Assembly: GCA_947571515.1 (NCBI GenBank)
Contig: CANOYI010000003.1
Span: forward strand, 1 to 39,189
DNA from: an uncultured Clostridium sp.
GTDB taxonomy: Bacteria > Bacillota > Clostridia > TANB77 > CAG-508
Direction of reading: 5' to 3'
DNA length: 39,189 nt
The notes beneath the pieces were generated by a model. The model did no database searches and was not told the DNA's origin. It saw only the letters and a program-made list of their open reading frames with translations. A program made the translations under genes and the position numbers. This document shows positions 37,823 through 39,189 of the stretch, piece after piece. The stretch's first letter is position 1; each line of letters begins with the position of its first letter.

Positions 37823-39118
37823 TTATTTTTTTCGTATTTTACAAATAAAAAAACCATCGGCTTTCTCGTTTTGATAAGTCTGCTTACTCTCTTCTATTTC
37901 AAAATCCGAATGATTTGTAACAAATTTGTAAACTACTTCTTCATTCTCTTCTTTTAGGATGCTACAAGTTGAATATACCATCTTCCCGCCTGATTTCAAA
38001 TATTTCGAACAATTTCCCAATATTTTTTCTTGAATTCCAGTTATTTCTGCTATATCTTCTTCTTTTCTCTTCCATTTAATATCTGGCTTTCTCTTTAATA
38101 CGCCAATCCCTAAGCATGGCACATCTAGTAGAATTTTGTCGAAATATTGATGATACGCCTCTTCATAAATAGTAGCATCTTTTACTTCTGCGTGTATAAT
38201 ATCAATCCCTAACCTCTGTGCTGCTTTCTCTACTAATTTGACTCTATGTTCATGTAAATCCCATGCTGTAATTTCTCCTTGATTTTTCATTAATTCTGCC
38301 ATATAGGTAGTCTTTCCTCCCGGGCTACTACACGCATCTAATACTTTTTCATGGCATTGTGGATTTAAAAATTTTGCAATATATCCAGCCATCTCATCTT
38401 GAATCGTAAATTTTCCCTCTTGAAAAGATTTTATTTGCTCTATGTTTTTTGCTCCTTTTAATTGTATAAAATTTTCTATCTCGGCATTTTCCGCTTCTAT
38501 TCTCTCTTTCCCTAATTTCTCTATCAAAGATTTCTCATCCATTTTCAAAGTATTTACTCTAACATATAACTTTGGTCTTAAATTAGAAGCCTGACAAATC
38601 TGTTCCACCTTTTCAGCCGTATTTTGTTTTAATAATCTCTCTACAATCCATACTGGCATAGAAGTTGTTTTAGAAATTCTTTCCATATCATCCTTTATGT
38701 CAAAAAGTGCTTCATAATCCTTCTTTTCTACTTTTCTAAGAATCGCATTCACAAAATTGCTACTTGCCTTATGACCATATCGTTTTGCTAAATTAACTCC
38801 TTCATTCACAGCAGCTGACTTTGGAACTTTATCCAAAAACAAAATCTGATAAATACTCATTCTTAGAATATTTAAAATCCAAGGAGATATTTTCTTTATT
38901 CTTATATTAGAATACTTTTTAATTATTTCATCAATTGTTAATCGCCAAGAAATTGTACCATAAACAATTTCAGAAATAAAACCGACATCTCTTTGTTCCA
39001 TTTTAGCTGGCTCTTTTCTTGCTTCTTGCAATGTTTCATCTAAAGCAATATTACAATAGGCTCCATTTTTATCAATATTATAAAGCACCTTCAATGCCAT
39101 TTCTCTCACTTTATCCAT
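37823..39118 (-). CDS. rsmB: 16S rRNA (cytosine967-C5)-methyltransferase
   Basis: NusB-like N-terminal domain, RVNTLK, VLDACSSPGGKTT, FDKILLDVPCLGIG, VYSTCS, DGFFI. Confidence 0.95.
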   Translation of the reverse strand: MDKVREMALKVLYNIDKNGAYCNIALDETLQEARKEPAKMEQRDVGFISEIVYGTISWRLTIDEIIKKYSNIRIKKISPWILNILRMSIYQILFLDKVPKSAAVNEGVNLAKRYGHKASSNFVNAILRKVEKKDYEALFDIKDDMERISKTTSMPVWIVERLLKQNTAEKVEQICQASNLRPKLYVRVNTLKMDEKSLIEKLGKERIEAENAEIENFIQLKGAKNIEQIKSFQEGKFTIQDEMAGYIAKFLNPQCHEKVLDACSSPGGKTTYMAELMKNQGEITAWDLHEHRVKLVEKAAQRLGIDIIHAEVKDATIYEEAYHQYFDKILLDVPCLGIGVLKRKPDIKWKRKEEDIAEITGIQEKILGNCSKYLKSGGKMVYSTCSILKEENEEVVYKFVTNHSDFEIEESKQTYQNEKADGFFICKIRKK

Positions 39119-39136
39119 CCTATCTTTTCCTTTCTT

Positions 39137-39169
39137 CGTCCCCACTGGTTCCGGGTTTAAATGGGGACG
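39137..39169. repeat. GGGGAC hairpin repeat, copy 3 (inverted)
   Basis: CGTCCCCACTGGTTCCGGGTTTAAATGGGGACG. Confidence 0.85.
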
Positions 39170-39189
39170 TTTCTTATTTTTATAATTAA

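Overview
AT-rich chromosomal window from a clostridial Firmicute. The GITLIAL-type pilin and gene content suggest an uncultured Clostridia lineage (inference). From left to right it contains: tmRNA; an M14 gamma-D-glutamyl-meso-DAP peptidase gene split at its H-A-N-E zinc motif by an 8.26-kb large-serine-recombinase element (symmetric att sites around an AA core, sigmaE-like promoters, resembling skin-type sporulation excision elements); a nuclease; a Dam-like methylase with a restriction-enzyme-like partner; purA; glgP; the rpsB-tsf-pyrH-frr-ispA-uppS-cdsA-rseP cluster (no dxr); a ROK kinase; a type IV pilus locus; and rsmB. The strongest signal is that three unrelated genes (the M14 peptidase, cdsA and the prepilin peptidase) all break frame at an in-frame CGG. 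Each is restored by reading CGG(A/T) as one 4-nt step (C-GGA or C-GGT, giving Gly). By manual scan, no other in-frame CGG occurs in the conserved genes. This points to systematic +1 frameshifting or quadruplet decoding at CGG. Intergenic regions carry families of GGGGAC-core REP/REPIN-like palindromes.
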